Virus record (IMG/VR): IMGVR_UViG_3300046501_000246
Origin: a virus
Strand: one strand, 5' to 3'
DNA length: 64,000 nt
The first letter of the stretch is position 1. The number at the start of each line of letters is the position of its first letter. Made by a program: the position numbers and the translations under genes. Shown here piece after piece: positions 37,753 through 49,800 of the stretch. The notes under the pieces are model-generated. The model had not been told where the DNA came from and made no database searches. It saw only the letters and a list, made by a program, of their open reading frames with translations.

Positions 37753-38216
37753 ATGCCATAGAGAGCGATCAAACAGGCTTCGGCTCTGCCATCATCCATT
37801 TTACGCTTCCAAGCCGTGGCGCATTTTGGAAAATACTGTGAGGCTCGATAGCGTGCCGCGTCTTTGTCAGCCGGTATTTTAAGATTGGCTTTCCAAACGG
37901 CGGGGCGGACCTGAGAGACAGGAATTTGTAATCCGCCGCATGCGCCTAGGATAGTACCAAATGCTCTACCAAAGGTAAAAGATGAGACTACACCTTCACC
38001 GGGACGAGCATTTACTTCTTCAATGTAAAGATGTATGACGCGTTCATCAGCTAGAATATTACCAATACCGACGTGATCCATAATCGTTTTAGACTTAGCT
38101 CCCGGCTTGATCGTAAACGTCGGCATGTCAAAAATCTCAAGAGTGTGTTCGATAGGATCAAGCTTAGCGAATGCACCTTTTGCGCCGGGATCAGCGCCTA
38201 CAATTATTCCTGCCAT
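37692..38216 (-). CDS. RuvC-like Holliday junction resolvase
   Basis: IVGADPG, YIEEV, F.FG..FG, P.VWK, DDGRAEA.LIA motifs. Confidence 0.9.
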   Translation of the reverse strand: MAGIIVGADPGAKGAFAKLDPIEHTLEIFDMPTFTIKPGAKSKTIMDHVGIGNILADERVIHLYIEEVNARPGEGVVSSFTFGRAFGTILGACGGLQIPVSQVRPAVWKANLKIPADKDAARYRASQYFPKCATAWKRKMDDGRAEACLIALYGMCAMGYRIEKPFTLVGELSE

Positions 38217-38908
38217 ATCTCGTCAACTTCTTTCTGACCACGCAATTGAGCTTCAATGGCGTCTTCAATATTCTTCTCATAACTGTAATGAGTGAATTTA
38301 TCTTTTAATCTTACTTTAACCATGTACAAGTTACGTGGTTTGTGATAGTAGACGCCTAGAACAGGAGTCTCTTTAACATCATCTTTACTATTTGTTTCAG
38401 CTGCGGCTTGCGTAGCGCTGGCATAAAGATTATATTGTTTGAGTTGGTCTCTGGCCCACTTCTCAGCGGAGAGCTTTTTCTTGAAGCTACTGCCGCGATA
38501 GAAATAGGGGTGATGCCATACCTTGACTTGGTAGACGCCATCGGTATAAGGCTTGATCAGATAATTACCGAGTTGTGGCTGTAATGAAGACTTGAGGACT
38601 AGATTGTCCTTGTGCGTGTTCATTAGGTTTCCATCTACGGCAGCTATAGGTTCTTTAGGCCAATCACCATAAATCAACAGCCAAGCAATATTCTGAACTT
38701 CCATAAGTTCTTTTTGGAATTGGCAAACGTATCTGCTGTTGTAATGCATGTTGACACGCTTCGTCACCCTCCATGAATCTCGGAAGAGGCGATAGACGCG
38801 GCCAGTATCTTCATCATACTTAAACTTTTGCTTAAGTAGCTTTTTATCAACCTTCGGATAAAGGTTTAGATACTGATCGACTTCTCTTTTTATTTTCTTT
38901 GCTGCCAT
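38204..38908 (-). CDS. degenerate HNH/AP2-like protein
   Basis: NIAWLLIYGDWPKEPIAAVDGNLMNTHKDNL aligns to HR.AW...G.WP...IDH.DGN..NN...NL with the His residues lost. Confidence 0.7.
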   Translation of the reverse strand: MAAKKIKREVDQYLNLYPKVDKKLLKQKFKYDEDTGRVYRLFRDSWRVTKRVNMHYNSRYVCQFQKELMEVQNIAWLLIYGDWPKEPIAAVDGNLMNTHKDNLVLKSSLQPQLGNYLIKPYTDGVYQVKVWHHPYFYRGSSFKKKLSAEKWARDQLKQYNLYASATQAAAETNSKDDVKETPVLGVYYHKPRNLYMVKVRLKDKFTHYSYEKNIEDAIEAQLRGQKEVDEIWQE

Positions 38909-41369
38909 TGGCTAAAATTAATTTTTCTAAATATTCAACTTTTAGGAAAAGAGTTTCGACACACTGCTTGAGTGTATCGAGATTGTTTCTATCGATGCGA
39001 ATTTTATTTTCTAAATTTTCAATTTCTTCGTCGTAGTTCATTTAGGCCAATCCACATGGGATTCTTTGAAGGAATAATTGCCATCATCATAAACGGGACC
39101 ATCCGTGGTGCGGACCAAGCAATAAGCAGGGTCGCTATCCAAATGATCTTCCCAATATGAAATGGCTTCGTGTTTAACCGTGAATGCACCATAAGTTATG
39201 AGGCCATGTTCACGACGGCGAATCATATAAATATAAGACGACCTAGCCATCAGTTGTAGTTCCTATAGCCATTGGTGTAAGGCTCGAAAAGGTCATCGAT
39301 CTTGTTTAGTAGTTCGTCGGTCCACACATCACTGGTTGGCACTAAAGCCATTTGATTCTCAGCAATGGTCCACTCAAAACGCTGAGCCCCGATAGCCTGA
39401 TCAACCAATTCCATGACGCCGTTAATAATTTTATCTCTATCTTCATAATGCAAAAGTTTGGAGTATAGTTTTTCTTTATCTCGATAATGCTCGTTTAATA
39501 TCTTAGCACGTTCAGTCTTTTGTTCATCTTCTAATTCACTAATTCTTTTATTAGCTTTCACTACGTCACTATTTAATTCATTTATTATTTTGTAAAGCTG
39601 ATCGTTTTCACTTCTTAATGCAAAGTTTACACTATTTAGTTGTTCTATTTCCCTAATTAATTCGTTTTGATACTTCAATACGTCTCGTTTTTCGTTCTCA
39701 CTTAGCCAGTTCATACTTTCTACTTCCTACTTTGCCGATCCAATTATCTCGGAAACACTAATGGTCTCAACGAGTTAAGGAGTTTGGATCAGGATTATTG
39801 CCGATGTTACTTGCCGATCTTTTATACTTCATAAAATTCCGTAAAATAATTCATCATTTCGCGTTCACGTTCTTTACTTTTTAGGTTAAGCCATGCCATA
39901 ATTCTTAGTTCGAGATTTGATAGGTCTAAGTTTAAAATTTCTATTTCGCTAGTTAATCTTTTTCTTGGGTATAGTTCTTGCATTTCTGGTTCTAAGTTCG
40001 TAATTCGGCCAGTTATAGTTCCAATTTCTTCGTTCATACTTCTAATCCCTGATCCACACCGACTGTTCGGAGACCGCCGCATCACTTAGATGGACGAGAT
40101 TTTTAAGTGCATACTTCATAATTTAAAGGCCATGATATCATAGCTTTTTTCATTTGTCAAGTTTTTTATTGATTTCGTCCAAAATATGTGCGTGGTGTTC
40201 TACTTCAGCCTTGATTATTTGGATTTGGCTTGCCAGAGAGCATACCAAGGCCCAAGTGGCGAAAAGAAAAATCATTGAAAGGTATTTAAACATTTTAATC
40301 CTTAGATTTTGATATGTATGGATCGCAGATATAATCTAGATCGACGCCGATGGTTTTGTTATTATCTCTGGCGTAACCTTCAGCGAAATCCAAGCACTCT
40401 GTCATGGTTTCGAATTGAGACAGGGAAGCGGAGTGGTGAGGATCGATCTGACCATTAACGAGCCAAATGAGGGTGAGATAAACTATCACTGAAAATCTCC
40501 TTTCTGTATTCAGGAATACCATCAGTACATCCGGTGAGGATCAATGCAGCGCTGGTAAGTAAAACAACAATCTTCAATTCAAAATCCTCCACTAAATTCC
40601 CATTCGGCACGCTTATAAGCCGCTACCATAAACAGATTAACCAATCTGCAAGCCTCTGCAAATTTGTCCTGATCACTGCCACACACTTTGATCAGTAAAG
40701 TTGTTACGGCGGGACAATTAGGAATAGACGCTTCAGGGTCTTGCACTGAGAAGAAAAGAGACTCCACTCTTGGGTCACATTCTAATTCGCTCACTTAAAC
40801 CTCCTAAAGCGTTATAGCCTTCGTTTTCCATTCCGTGATATCGTCTTCTAATTTACTTACTTCGTGGCGAAGGTCAAGCAGTTTCTTTTCCTTACGTAGA
40901 ACCACGCCAGCCAGATATCGCTTGGCTTCGGTAATAGTAGATAAGGTGCATTCCTCCATCACGGTATGGAGACTTACTGGAGTCTTCAGTAGATTATCAA
41001 AGCCTAAAATAGTAACTTTGATCACACCTCTGCCACCCTGATCTATGGACGAAGCAATATTCACGATCTTACCGTAAATATCCCATCCACCCATGTAGCG
41101 CTCCGCGACCCAATGGACATAAACACCTTCGACAATTTCTTCCTGCGTCATAGTCATTTATCTTTTCCCTCTTTAAATTCTTCCATGGACTTCACAACCT
41201 GCGTCATGGCATGGTGCCAACCAATTCCGATACCTTGTTTGAACACCCTTTCGCCCGCGACCAACATGGCATAAAGGCTCTCAGCCGTCACCTCTGTCAT
41301 AACGCCATGAACCGCTTCTCGGATCACCATGTCTTGCCAAGGCTCTTTCCTCTTATGCTTGCCGTTCAT
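38847..41369 (-). other. eight small hypothetical genes (38847-39041, 39038-39250, 39250-39714 coiled coil, 39822-40085, 40295-40522, 40579-40794, 40804-41157, 41154-41369)
   Basis: Co-oriented, overlapping stops/starts, GGAGG RBS. Confidence 0.65.
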
Positions 41370-41464
41370 GGCACGTGCCTCCTTAAGTGATTCTGATTTT
41401 TCTAAGTTGGCCGAGTTATACCAGATGTCATAAAATAATGCAAGCCGTTTGTAACCCCCTACGG

Positions 41465-41590
41465 GGGAGAAATTAGGCTGGTGGATTTTAGGCTGGCAGA
41501 CATTAGATATTGGTTGATGTTAAATGTCCTTGACATCAAAGTTCTCGATGGGAGAAATTAGGCTGGTGGATTTTAGATATTGGTTGATAG
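41465..41590. repeat. 27-bp direct repeat (41465-41491, 41550-41576) plus repeated TTAGATATTGGTTGAT
   Basis: GGGAGAAATTAGGCTGGTGGATTTTAG appears twice in a non-coding divergent region. Confidence 0.85.
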
Positions 41591-41713
41591 GCCTTTTGAT
41601 ACTGCTGACGTGACGCGGTTTCTGGCTCGCTCGGTTTTTGGGGACAGACGTATCGAAACCCCTGTTCCGTAAATAGAATTCAGATTTAATATTTTCAAAA
41701 AAGCTTAAAAATA

Positions 41714-41998
41714 CCTTCGAAAACTCTTAGCAAATCGTTACTGTTTACTCCTATCTATTCTATATTAGTTAATAAAATCAATAATATAATAAAATATCCC
41801 TCTCTCAAATTCCATATAACTGTTAAAAAGTCCAAAAAATCGTCTCTCAGCTTTTCAGAAATCGTAACAAATCCTAATCATCATTTTAACATATAACTGG
41901 AATTAGAGCGGAGGTTTAAAAATTAAGCCATTGAAATCTTTCACTAATTTAAAATAGATAGGAGTAAACAACAACAGTTTCCTAAGAAGTTTTGAAGG
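41714..41998. repeat. ~285-bp imperfect AT-rich palindrome
   Basis: Arms of about 115 bp include an exact 18-bp inverted match TGTTTACTCCTATCTATT/AATAGATAGGAGTAAACA. Confidence 0.85.
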
Positions 41999-42031
41999 TC
42001 GAAAAAACCCCTCTAACGTAAACTCTAGGAC

Positions 42032-42060
42032 TTGACAAAACGATTTCGTTATGCTATAAT
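42032..42060 (+). promoter_or_regulatory. perfect-consensus sigma70 promoter
   Basis: TTGACA-N17-TATAAT with extended TG. Confidence 0.9.
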
Positions 42061-42094
42061 CCGTTTTTAAGTCGTCAAATAAGAGTAAATATTA

Positions 42095-43015
42095 GTGACC
42101 AATATTAAACACGAATTACAATGTAAAGCGCCGGATTGCGGTAAAACATTCCTCGCCTCCAAGGCCGAGAAACAAACTTGTAGCCCTAAATGTCACATGA
42201 GATTGAAGCGGTACAGGTTCCGTCCCGCGTCTCAGAAAAAGTGTCTCCTTCCAAATTGTGAAGAGATTATCACTTATTCTACCAAAGTGGTACAGGGTAG
42301 GCCTAAATTATTTTGCTGCGCCGATCATGCCAATCGTCACAATTATAACGAAAAGTATGGCATGACCGACACGGAGCGCAACGCTACCTGTCTCAATCCG
42401 TTATGCGACACTCCCAACTTCATCAAGCATCACGGTAGGCAAATTTATTGCGGCCCGAACTGCGCCGCCGAACATAGAAGAATTAAAAATCTGCCTATTG
42501 CCGAAGATGCGGCTAAAACAATTAATCATAATAAGATGTGCAATTATTGCGGAGACGAGTTTGGCGCTAGCCGCGCCACGGCCCAATTTTGTTCCACCAG
42601 TTGCCGCGTCATGTTTAACAAACAAGATAGAATGGCTGAGTGGGTCCACAAACATGTCACCTATGATGAAGAGTCTTATTTCGAAGACGTGCTTGATGGT
42701 GAAATTTTTATCGAGTGCGAATTCAACGATGTTGACTTTTCCGGCAAGAGCATGACTAAGGCAAAATTTATTCGCTGCGTCATCAATAATTGCGACTTCA
42801 ACAAAACGTATTTTGATGGTGTCGAACTGGTCGATACTGACTTCGAAGGCCGTAACACCTTTGACGGCGCGATGATCAGGTTCACAAAGTTCCCCGCCCT
42901 AGTGACAGAAGTCCTTGACCTTCGGCTCGCTATTGTGTCTAAGATGCTGCGCCGAGAAGTTCTGGCCATGCATTGCGAAAAATTAGAGAAGAGAAGAATT
43001 AGCTATTATGAATGA
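42095..43015 (+). CDS. four Cys/His Zn-finger repeats fused to a pentapeptide-repeat domain
   Basis: C-x2/4-C-x13-18-C-x3-C/H four times, then FNDVDFSGKSMTKAKFIRCVINNCDFNKTYFDGVELVDTDF. Confidence 0.8.
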   Translation: MTNIKHELQCKAPDCGKTFLASKAEKQTCSPKCHMRLKRYRFRPASQKKCLLPNCEEIITYSTKVVQGRPKLFCCADHANRHNYNEKYGMTDTERNATCLNPLCDTPNFIKHHGRQIYCGPNCAAEHRRIKNLPIAEDAAKTINHNKMCNYCGDEFGASRATAQFCSTSCRVMFNKQDRMAEWVHKHVTYDEESYFEDVLDGEIFIECEFNDVDFSGKSMTKAKFIRCVINNCDFNKTYFDGVELVDTDFEGRNTFDGAMIRFTKFPALVTEVLDLRLAIVSKMLRREVLAMHCEKLEKRRISYYE

Positions 43016-43583
43016 AGACAGATATCAAGTCCTGTGTGGCAATGAGTACCTTAAGACGAGTCAAGTCGTCATCCCGTTCAATATAACGAGCCGTGGCGCG
43101 TACATCGATGATTGCGATATCATTGTCACGATGCGGCACTTGCGCCTCCTGAGCCCCGGAGATGATCTTTATTCCGTTAAACAGTGTTTGTCTCACTTCT
43201 ATGCCAAGTGGGACATTGCCCCTCTCCTATCTGATAGTAAGAAATATATCACCTATGACGGTGAAGATTTGACCCGGATGAAAAAGACCGACAAAAAATA
43301 CCGAGATACAATTTATAATAATTGTAATCTAAACGACGTTTCGTTCCACGGCAGCACTCTTCAAGACGTGATTTTTCTCAATTGTGACATAGACATTCTC
43401 GATCTAAGACATACCAATCTTGTCAATGTCTCATTCCTCCACTGCGACAAGACTTACGCCTTAAAGCTGGATCATGCAAGATTTAAAAACGTCATATTTA
43501 AAAAGACTAGCATACCAAAAGATTTAACTAATTTGGTAAAGAAGTCTGACGGTGATTATTTTGTGTTTAACAGTGCCGCTTAA
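43008..43583 (+). CDS. pentapeptide-repeat protein
   Basis: YNNCNLNDVSFHGSTLQDVIFLNCDI...LRHTNLVNVSFLHC...LDHARFKNVIFKKT. Confidence 0.8.
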   Translation: MNEDRYQVLCGNEYLKTSQVVIPFNITSRGAYIDDCDIIVTMRHLRLLSPGDDLYSVKQCLSHFYAKWDIAPLLSDSKKYITYDGEDLTRMKKTDKKYRDTIYNNCNLNDVSFHGSTLQDVIFLNCDIDILDLRHTNLVNVSFLHCDKTYALKLDHARFKNVIFKKTSIPKDLTNLVKKSDGDYFVFNSAA

Positions 43584-46469
43584 GATTCTACTTTAAACAC
43601 CCCGGCCAGCCGTTTAACGAGATACATGTCAGGCGTGCCATCTCTGCCCCGGTCCCAACGTTCTTCAACGCCTACCTCGATACTATCGAACGTGAAGCGC
43701 TCCCCACCGTGAAGCAAGACAATTGTCATCAAAGCAATAATTTCAGTCCTGTCTAGATAATCATTATATGTTATTAGTTTAATTTTTTCACCCCGATCAA
43801 TGATGCAGCCCGTAACGTAAAGCTCCATGTCGAGCAACTTAGAGCCGATATAGAGGACTCTCTTATCTTCCTCTACCTCATTCAAATCTATGATGATCAT
43901 TGAGGAATCTCCTCCATCCGTGGTAGTTGAGACAGAATTTTATCCGTTTCGATCCATCTCTCTGCAAATTCCTTGGTCGCGAAATAGAGCGGAGTATTGT
44001 CATAATTCATGACCTGTTTCCAGAACAGGAATTTCCGCTTCATAACAAAGATATTACCGTACATCGTTCTGCAAATTTTATATCGATTCAGCATGAATAT
44101 TCCTCCCTTTGTAACACGTAGGTCCGCGCCGCATCGAAGTTTTTGAACCGCCGCGCCATCTCCGTTCCGTAACGATCCTGCTCCATCACCACGGCCCAAA
44201 ACAACCATAGCACACGCTCCATTACTATGAAAGTACCCGACTTTTTACCGCGAATTATTTTGAACATCTTTAACGACTCCTGTTGTTGTTCTTGCTAGCA
44301 AGAGCACTAACGTTGCATCTCATTACCCGGATCAATTACGGCACGGTCCCACGCGTCATACGCAGCGTCTCAGTCCTCCTCGGCCCAACCCTCCCACGTG
44401 TCCCATTCCGCCGAGGCGCGATACACGTTGAGGATTTCCTGCAACGTCAACCCTTCCCAAAGGTCTGTGCTCTGGCAGTTGCACCAGTTATTCAGCATTT
44501 CAATTTCATCCATCGTCATATCCATGACGTGAACCGCTTTGACGGCGCAGTGTTCCAGAGCTTTGTCACTCACCTCGATCATCTTCATCCCGGCAAAGAT
44601 TTTTGCACGTGCCTTTTCCACCGTCCATTCATCTACGGGCCAGCGATCCTTAGAAGTCTCAAAGATCGTAACGAGTTCTGCAACAGTGTGTTTCATGGCG
44701 TTGGTGCTCCTTCATCAATGTTTCGTTAGACATATTCTTACATCCGACTCGAAATGAAGTCAAGCGGAAATCAGCTAAATAACCTTATCACTGCATCTTT
44801 CCACGCCTCGAAATGCTTTTCAAGATCGGCTAGTGGCTCAGTTGAATCATAGATATCAACACTGGCGACATGATCCGCAAAGATGTGAATCCTATATCCA
44901 GTCCCTGCTTCATTGATATTCGACATGAAATAAAAATTTGCGTGTCGTTTCAGGTTAGCAAAATAGTGCGTGGCATAGAAAGTTTGGACCGACTGATTAA
45001 GCATATCACTTCTCCTTACCATTCAAAATAAACATCAGTCTTTAGCACTAAGCTAGGCGCATCGATGTTTTTAAATCCTCGCTTCATAAGCTCTGACACG
45101 ATATTGTGTCTAAAACTGTCATCGTGATAGATTCTCATATAAGCACCATTGCCTTGGCGAAAGTTCTTGACCGCGTAAGCGATTCGCTCATCAAGATCGT
45201 CGTCATTACCCTTGCGGGCCATATCAGCTGTGAACATCAAACTTCCTCCTTCGCCGGTACAGAATCAGCAAGATATTCGTTCCACCAAATAGGCTTGTGA
45301 TAACCAGCTAGTGAGACACGTGAAAGATCAACGTTACGCGTCACGTCGCCTCGGTTCGTGCCAGTGACGCGGCCAAAGTCCCTAGTTGTATAGCGATTCA
45401 CGCCCTGCTCGTCTTCCATCGACTCATACGTCGTGCCTTCGTGATGCACCTTGACGAAAGTGACGCGCTCACCATTGAGTAGAGGAATATTCATCATCCC
45501 GACATGGAACGGCGAAGGCCTGAGATAGATTTCGAGAAAATTGATAAGCTTCTTTCTCGCCTCTAGCGCGGCCCAATGACTCGCATCAAATTTATCCAGC
45601 ATCTTACCCAAATCATGTGCAAGTTCGCCATATCGCGCCTTCTGTTCCGTAACAGTGAGAAATGTCATTTTAATTCTCCTTTAAAATTTAAATAACTTTG
45701 ACCGTAGGTTCAGCAGTTTCGACCCGATAAGATTCGACTCTGACATGAACCTCTTGAGAAACGTTGAACAGGTCGAACATGAAATACCCCGCCATACTTA
45801 GCTGCTTAACGACGCGAACCGCTTCTTCCTTCGCCATGGCTTCAGTTTTTTCGAAGATGGCGTGAGCGATGCGAGGCGTAACAGAACTGCCGGAAGCGAG
45901 TAGGACGAATTCGATGTTCATTGTGATCTCCTTTGTTGATAAATATATTCTTACATCAGAATCGCAACAAGGTCAATAACTTCCTCAAATTAAATTTGAA
46001 AAGTTAATATCCATACCTGTCACGAATAGCTTTGGCCCGTCTTGATAGTTCCCGCTTGTCCAAATCAGCCTCACCGAACCATAACGAAATACAAGACAAA
46101 TACATGTCCTCGGCATTCTCTTTCGTAGGTTTTTCCATCAAATCTCGAACCTGACCATCAATCTCGACCCAATCATCTAGTTCGCAGATAGTTTCGAGAT
46201 ATTCAAAATCACGTCTAGCCCTACCATATGCCATTACAGCACCTCCACCATCAACATATCAATCACTTTAACAGCGTGTCATAAATTTCTTTATGACCAG
46301 CTAGAAAGCCACCGATGTAACACGCTCTATATCGTCCAAAAATGACAGCAGCATCTTCTGGCCCGCAACACAACTCAAGCTGTTTCAACATGTCACGACC
46401 TAACAAGGCATTCATTTTGGGAACAAACACTTCGTCAAATTCTTTACCGATCTCGTCAACTGTTTTCAT
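43580..46469 (-). other. array of small early genes (43580-43900, ~43897-44100, 44370-44696, 44771-45022, 45016-45240, 45237-45668, 45688-45921, 46004-46234, 46263-46469)
   Basis: Co-oriented; TTGAC-N17-TAAGAA promoters at about 44733-44764 and 45945-45975. Confidence 0.7.
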
Positions 46470-46863
46470 GCCGGTTCCCCTTCTCCACGTTACAGGTGAA
46501 GCACATGGTTTGATAATTATTGGGATGATTAGCCCCGCCCTTAGACTTAGGAACGATATGATCCTTCGTGATCATTACTTCCTCGCCGTCCAAATTCTTG
46601 CCGTAAAGATTAAAGTGAAACCCTTGCGACATAGGAGTGATACTCCCATCTGGTCGAAGCTTTACGGTGCGCTCCATGGCGTAATAAAGACCCACTGTTC
46701 CGCACGTGACACAACACCGATTCTTGGCAAAAAGCTTATATCTGTCACTGCCGGTTTTCACCAATTCTCCATCCAACACAACCTTTTTATCAGGATTGTC
46801 ATAGTCGATCAACGATGTGATATGTTCAACACTATATGTGCCACGCCGCTCATACATTCTCAT
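46456..46863 (-). CDS. HNH endonuclease (McrA/HNH_5 type)
   Basis: CxxC then TKDHIVPKSKGGAN...N.QTMC..CN..KGN. Confidence 0.9.
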   Translation of the reverse strand: MRMYERRGTYSVEHITSLIDYDNPDKKVVLDGELVKTGSDRYKLFAKNRCCVTCGTVGLYYAMERTVKLRPDGSITPMSQGFHFNLYGKNLDGEEVMITKDHIVPKSKGGANHPNNYQTMCFTCNVEKGNRHENS

Positions 46864-49800
46864 GTACCTTCTTATTATTTAAAAGCTTAGAAAACATCTC
46901 GCCGCGAATTTCATCAAGCGGTTTGAAATATTTATAGCTATAGCCAGATTTAATGCCGCCGATATAAATACCTACTTCATCAAAAGTTAGAAATATTTCT
47001 TTCTTATTTTGAGGCTCCACACCATATCTTATTGAAGTTATGGTATAAATTTTATTCACAACTGGTGTCCTATCATTAACCATTTCAAATTCTTTGACAC
47101 AAACCACCTTCTGCCCCATAACGAATTTGCATTCCATTACCAATTAACCCCTTCTACTTCATCTCTGACCCATGCCTTGACATAAGCACTACAATTTTGG
47201 AGCGCGCATTCATCGAACGCTGTTGCGGCGTCATCAGTTCTGAGACACGGATAAGGACCAGAAACGCCTATATCGCTCATCCTGTCGGTGATTTCGACAT
47301 AGACGGTATAGCGTCTTACGTGCTTCTCACCTATTTTTAGCATCTGCATCCCCTACAATATTTAGAATTTTATCCGTCGCCACTTTCAATTCTGCCATGG
47401 CCCGCCTCAATCGCTCATTCCGCCACGCCTGACCCCTTGCGCTCCATATCATTGTCTTGATAATGTTGTCATCATTTTCCTTGATACGCTTCGCATAAGA
47501 AGTGGCAATGCCCTTATCGGCCCACGACCCGACATACACAATACCATTATCTAGTGTGACTTTTTCAACGATATAGGACATGTAGAACCTCCTCTAAATC
47601 ATTATCTCAAGATGATTCAATGTGCCACGAAATGATTTAGGCGTCAATTACAGAATCACCTATCTCCCCGAATCATCTTGAGATAATGCTTTATCTGTTT
47701 AATAACATCTTCAGCCGTGACTTCTTCCTTATCGATATAGGTATCGATTTCTTTAAAGATGTTAGCCGTTTTCTGCTTAGTGAAGCCGATATGGCTGACC
47801 CATTCCTCCGCGTCGAAAGGAAGATTGACAAAGAGAGGGCTTAAGCCGCGAAGCGCGGTCCAAATGTTATGTCTCAGCATTCTGTCAGCTTCGGCCCGCT
47901 TGTCACTCTCTTCCAGCATCTTCCCGGCCCGCCACTGCGTGTCGTCATCTGAATTGAGGAGCTTATCAATGAAATCTCTATTATTAGCCATCTTCATTCT
48001 TCTCCTGTTACAGGGTTAAGCAGCATGGAAAGAATGGCACCGGTATTGGCCTGAGTTTCGCGAAGCTGCTCCGATTGCGACTCACTAAAACTGTCTCTGA
48101 CACGACATGCCGCTGTCACGATTTCGTCACAGATATTATACAGCCGGTCCGCAACCTTGTCATTGCCTGTGACATGAAAGGAGTGAGCCAAGCGTTCCAA
48201 ACGACGTACCACGTCATTCATATGACTGACATTGTCAAACACGGCGTCGAGATGTTTTTTAGATGCGGTCATTGTTTAAATCTCCTTAAGTGAAAGCGGC
48301 GTCGTTTGATGGTCTTTTATTACATCTCGGTATAAATTATGTCAACTAAATTAATTTCAATGACGTGAATAAAGCCAATTTCATGCGTCACAGTCTCAAC
48401 CGTACCCATAATCCTTTCAATTTTTACCCGATCCCCCTGACGGGGTAGAACCGCGACCCGCGCATCAATGAACCTGCCGATATCTTCTCTGTCAACGAAG
48501 GTAAACATCACGTCAATCATTATATTCCCCTTTCTGATTCGTAATCACTATTCTACCTACGAACCGTTTCGATAGTTTCAGAACTGGCGCACCACGACCC
48601 ACCACAAGTCCTCAGTATGTCGATCAGGTTCTCCCTAGTCATATCGACCGTGACGCACCTATCAATGGCAACTTCATCGAGCCAGTCCACTTCTTTCAAA
48701 GTATTACGGGCCATGACACGTGCCTCACGCAGCGTAGCGGCATAATCAGTTCCGTCAGCCGTTTCGATGGTGTAAATCGTAAAACCCTTAGCCATGACAA
48801 TCTCCCCTTAAGTGAGTTTGAAAACATTATGACTTTTTATTACATCTGGTTCGAATCAATGTCAAGCCTTAGTCACGATACCTACGACGAATTGTCCGAT
48901 ACAAACCATGGATAAAAGGATCGGCTTGGAAATTAACATCGCGCCAATCCACATAGGTCCTGCCATACTGCCTCACCAGCACGCCATCGGCAAATATGTA
49001 GGAACAGTCGCTCACGATTGCTGCTCGCTCCCTACGTGGCCGCTTGTTGTGATATGGCTCGTTGTGAGGATTTGCGAGTCTATCTGCCTCACACTCATAA
49101 TCAACCGTCTCTTTCGAAATAACCGCTTTCAGTGCCCATTCATTCCTGAGTCGTTCAAAGTCGTGTTCAATCATATCAATTCTCCTATTTATGATAAGAC
49201 TATTAAAAATACAGAGAAAGATTCTGCCTCGCCGAGATCAATCGGTCAACCTCTTCCATACTGAGCCGAACAATGATGACCTTGTTCGAACGCGCATTTT
49301 CATCTTCATTAGGAATAGGAATAGTGATGCTGAAATGCTTGTTCTGAAGCAGTCCCGGCACGGCATAGTCACATATCCCGAAACTCGGATCGCCTAGGGC
49401 GAGCATTTTCTTCGATCCAGTCTTATAAATTACTGCCATGACTTCCTCCTATTAACCTAGATGGCGATAGAACTGAGCCGTATCACCAGATGCATCAGTC
49501 ATTATAGCGATACCGCTGACGCGGTAGTACGTCCGAACGTCATCGATATGACTCCTGACATAATACAGCCCGTCATACTCAATGAAGCCAGCTGATTCAA
49601 ACGCCATGCCTGACATAGTTATTTTCTTAACCGAGCCGTCGCGTTCCGTGAGTGAGACTTGAACATCAGTCATATCTTAGCCCCTCTCCCTCGCGCCGTT
49701 ATAAAGAATCGTAGCCTCAAACAGGGTGTAAATCAACCCGGTATGCACCACGACATTATTATAGAGCACTTGATAAGTGATAACAATGTTATGGTGATCC

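Noticed and set aside
41805-41905. XerCD dif site
   Set aside because: Only a partial XerD-arm resemblance (TATGTTAAA); no XerC arm.
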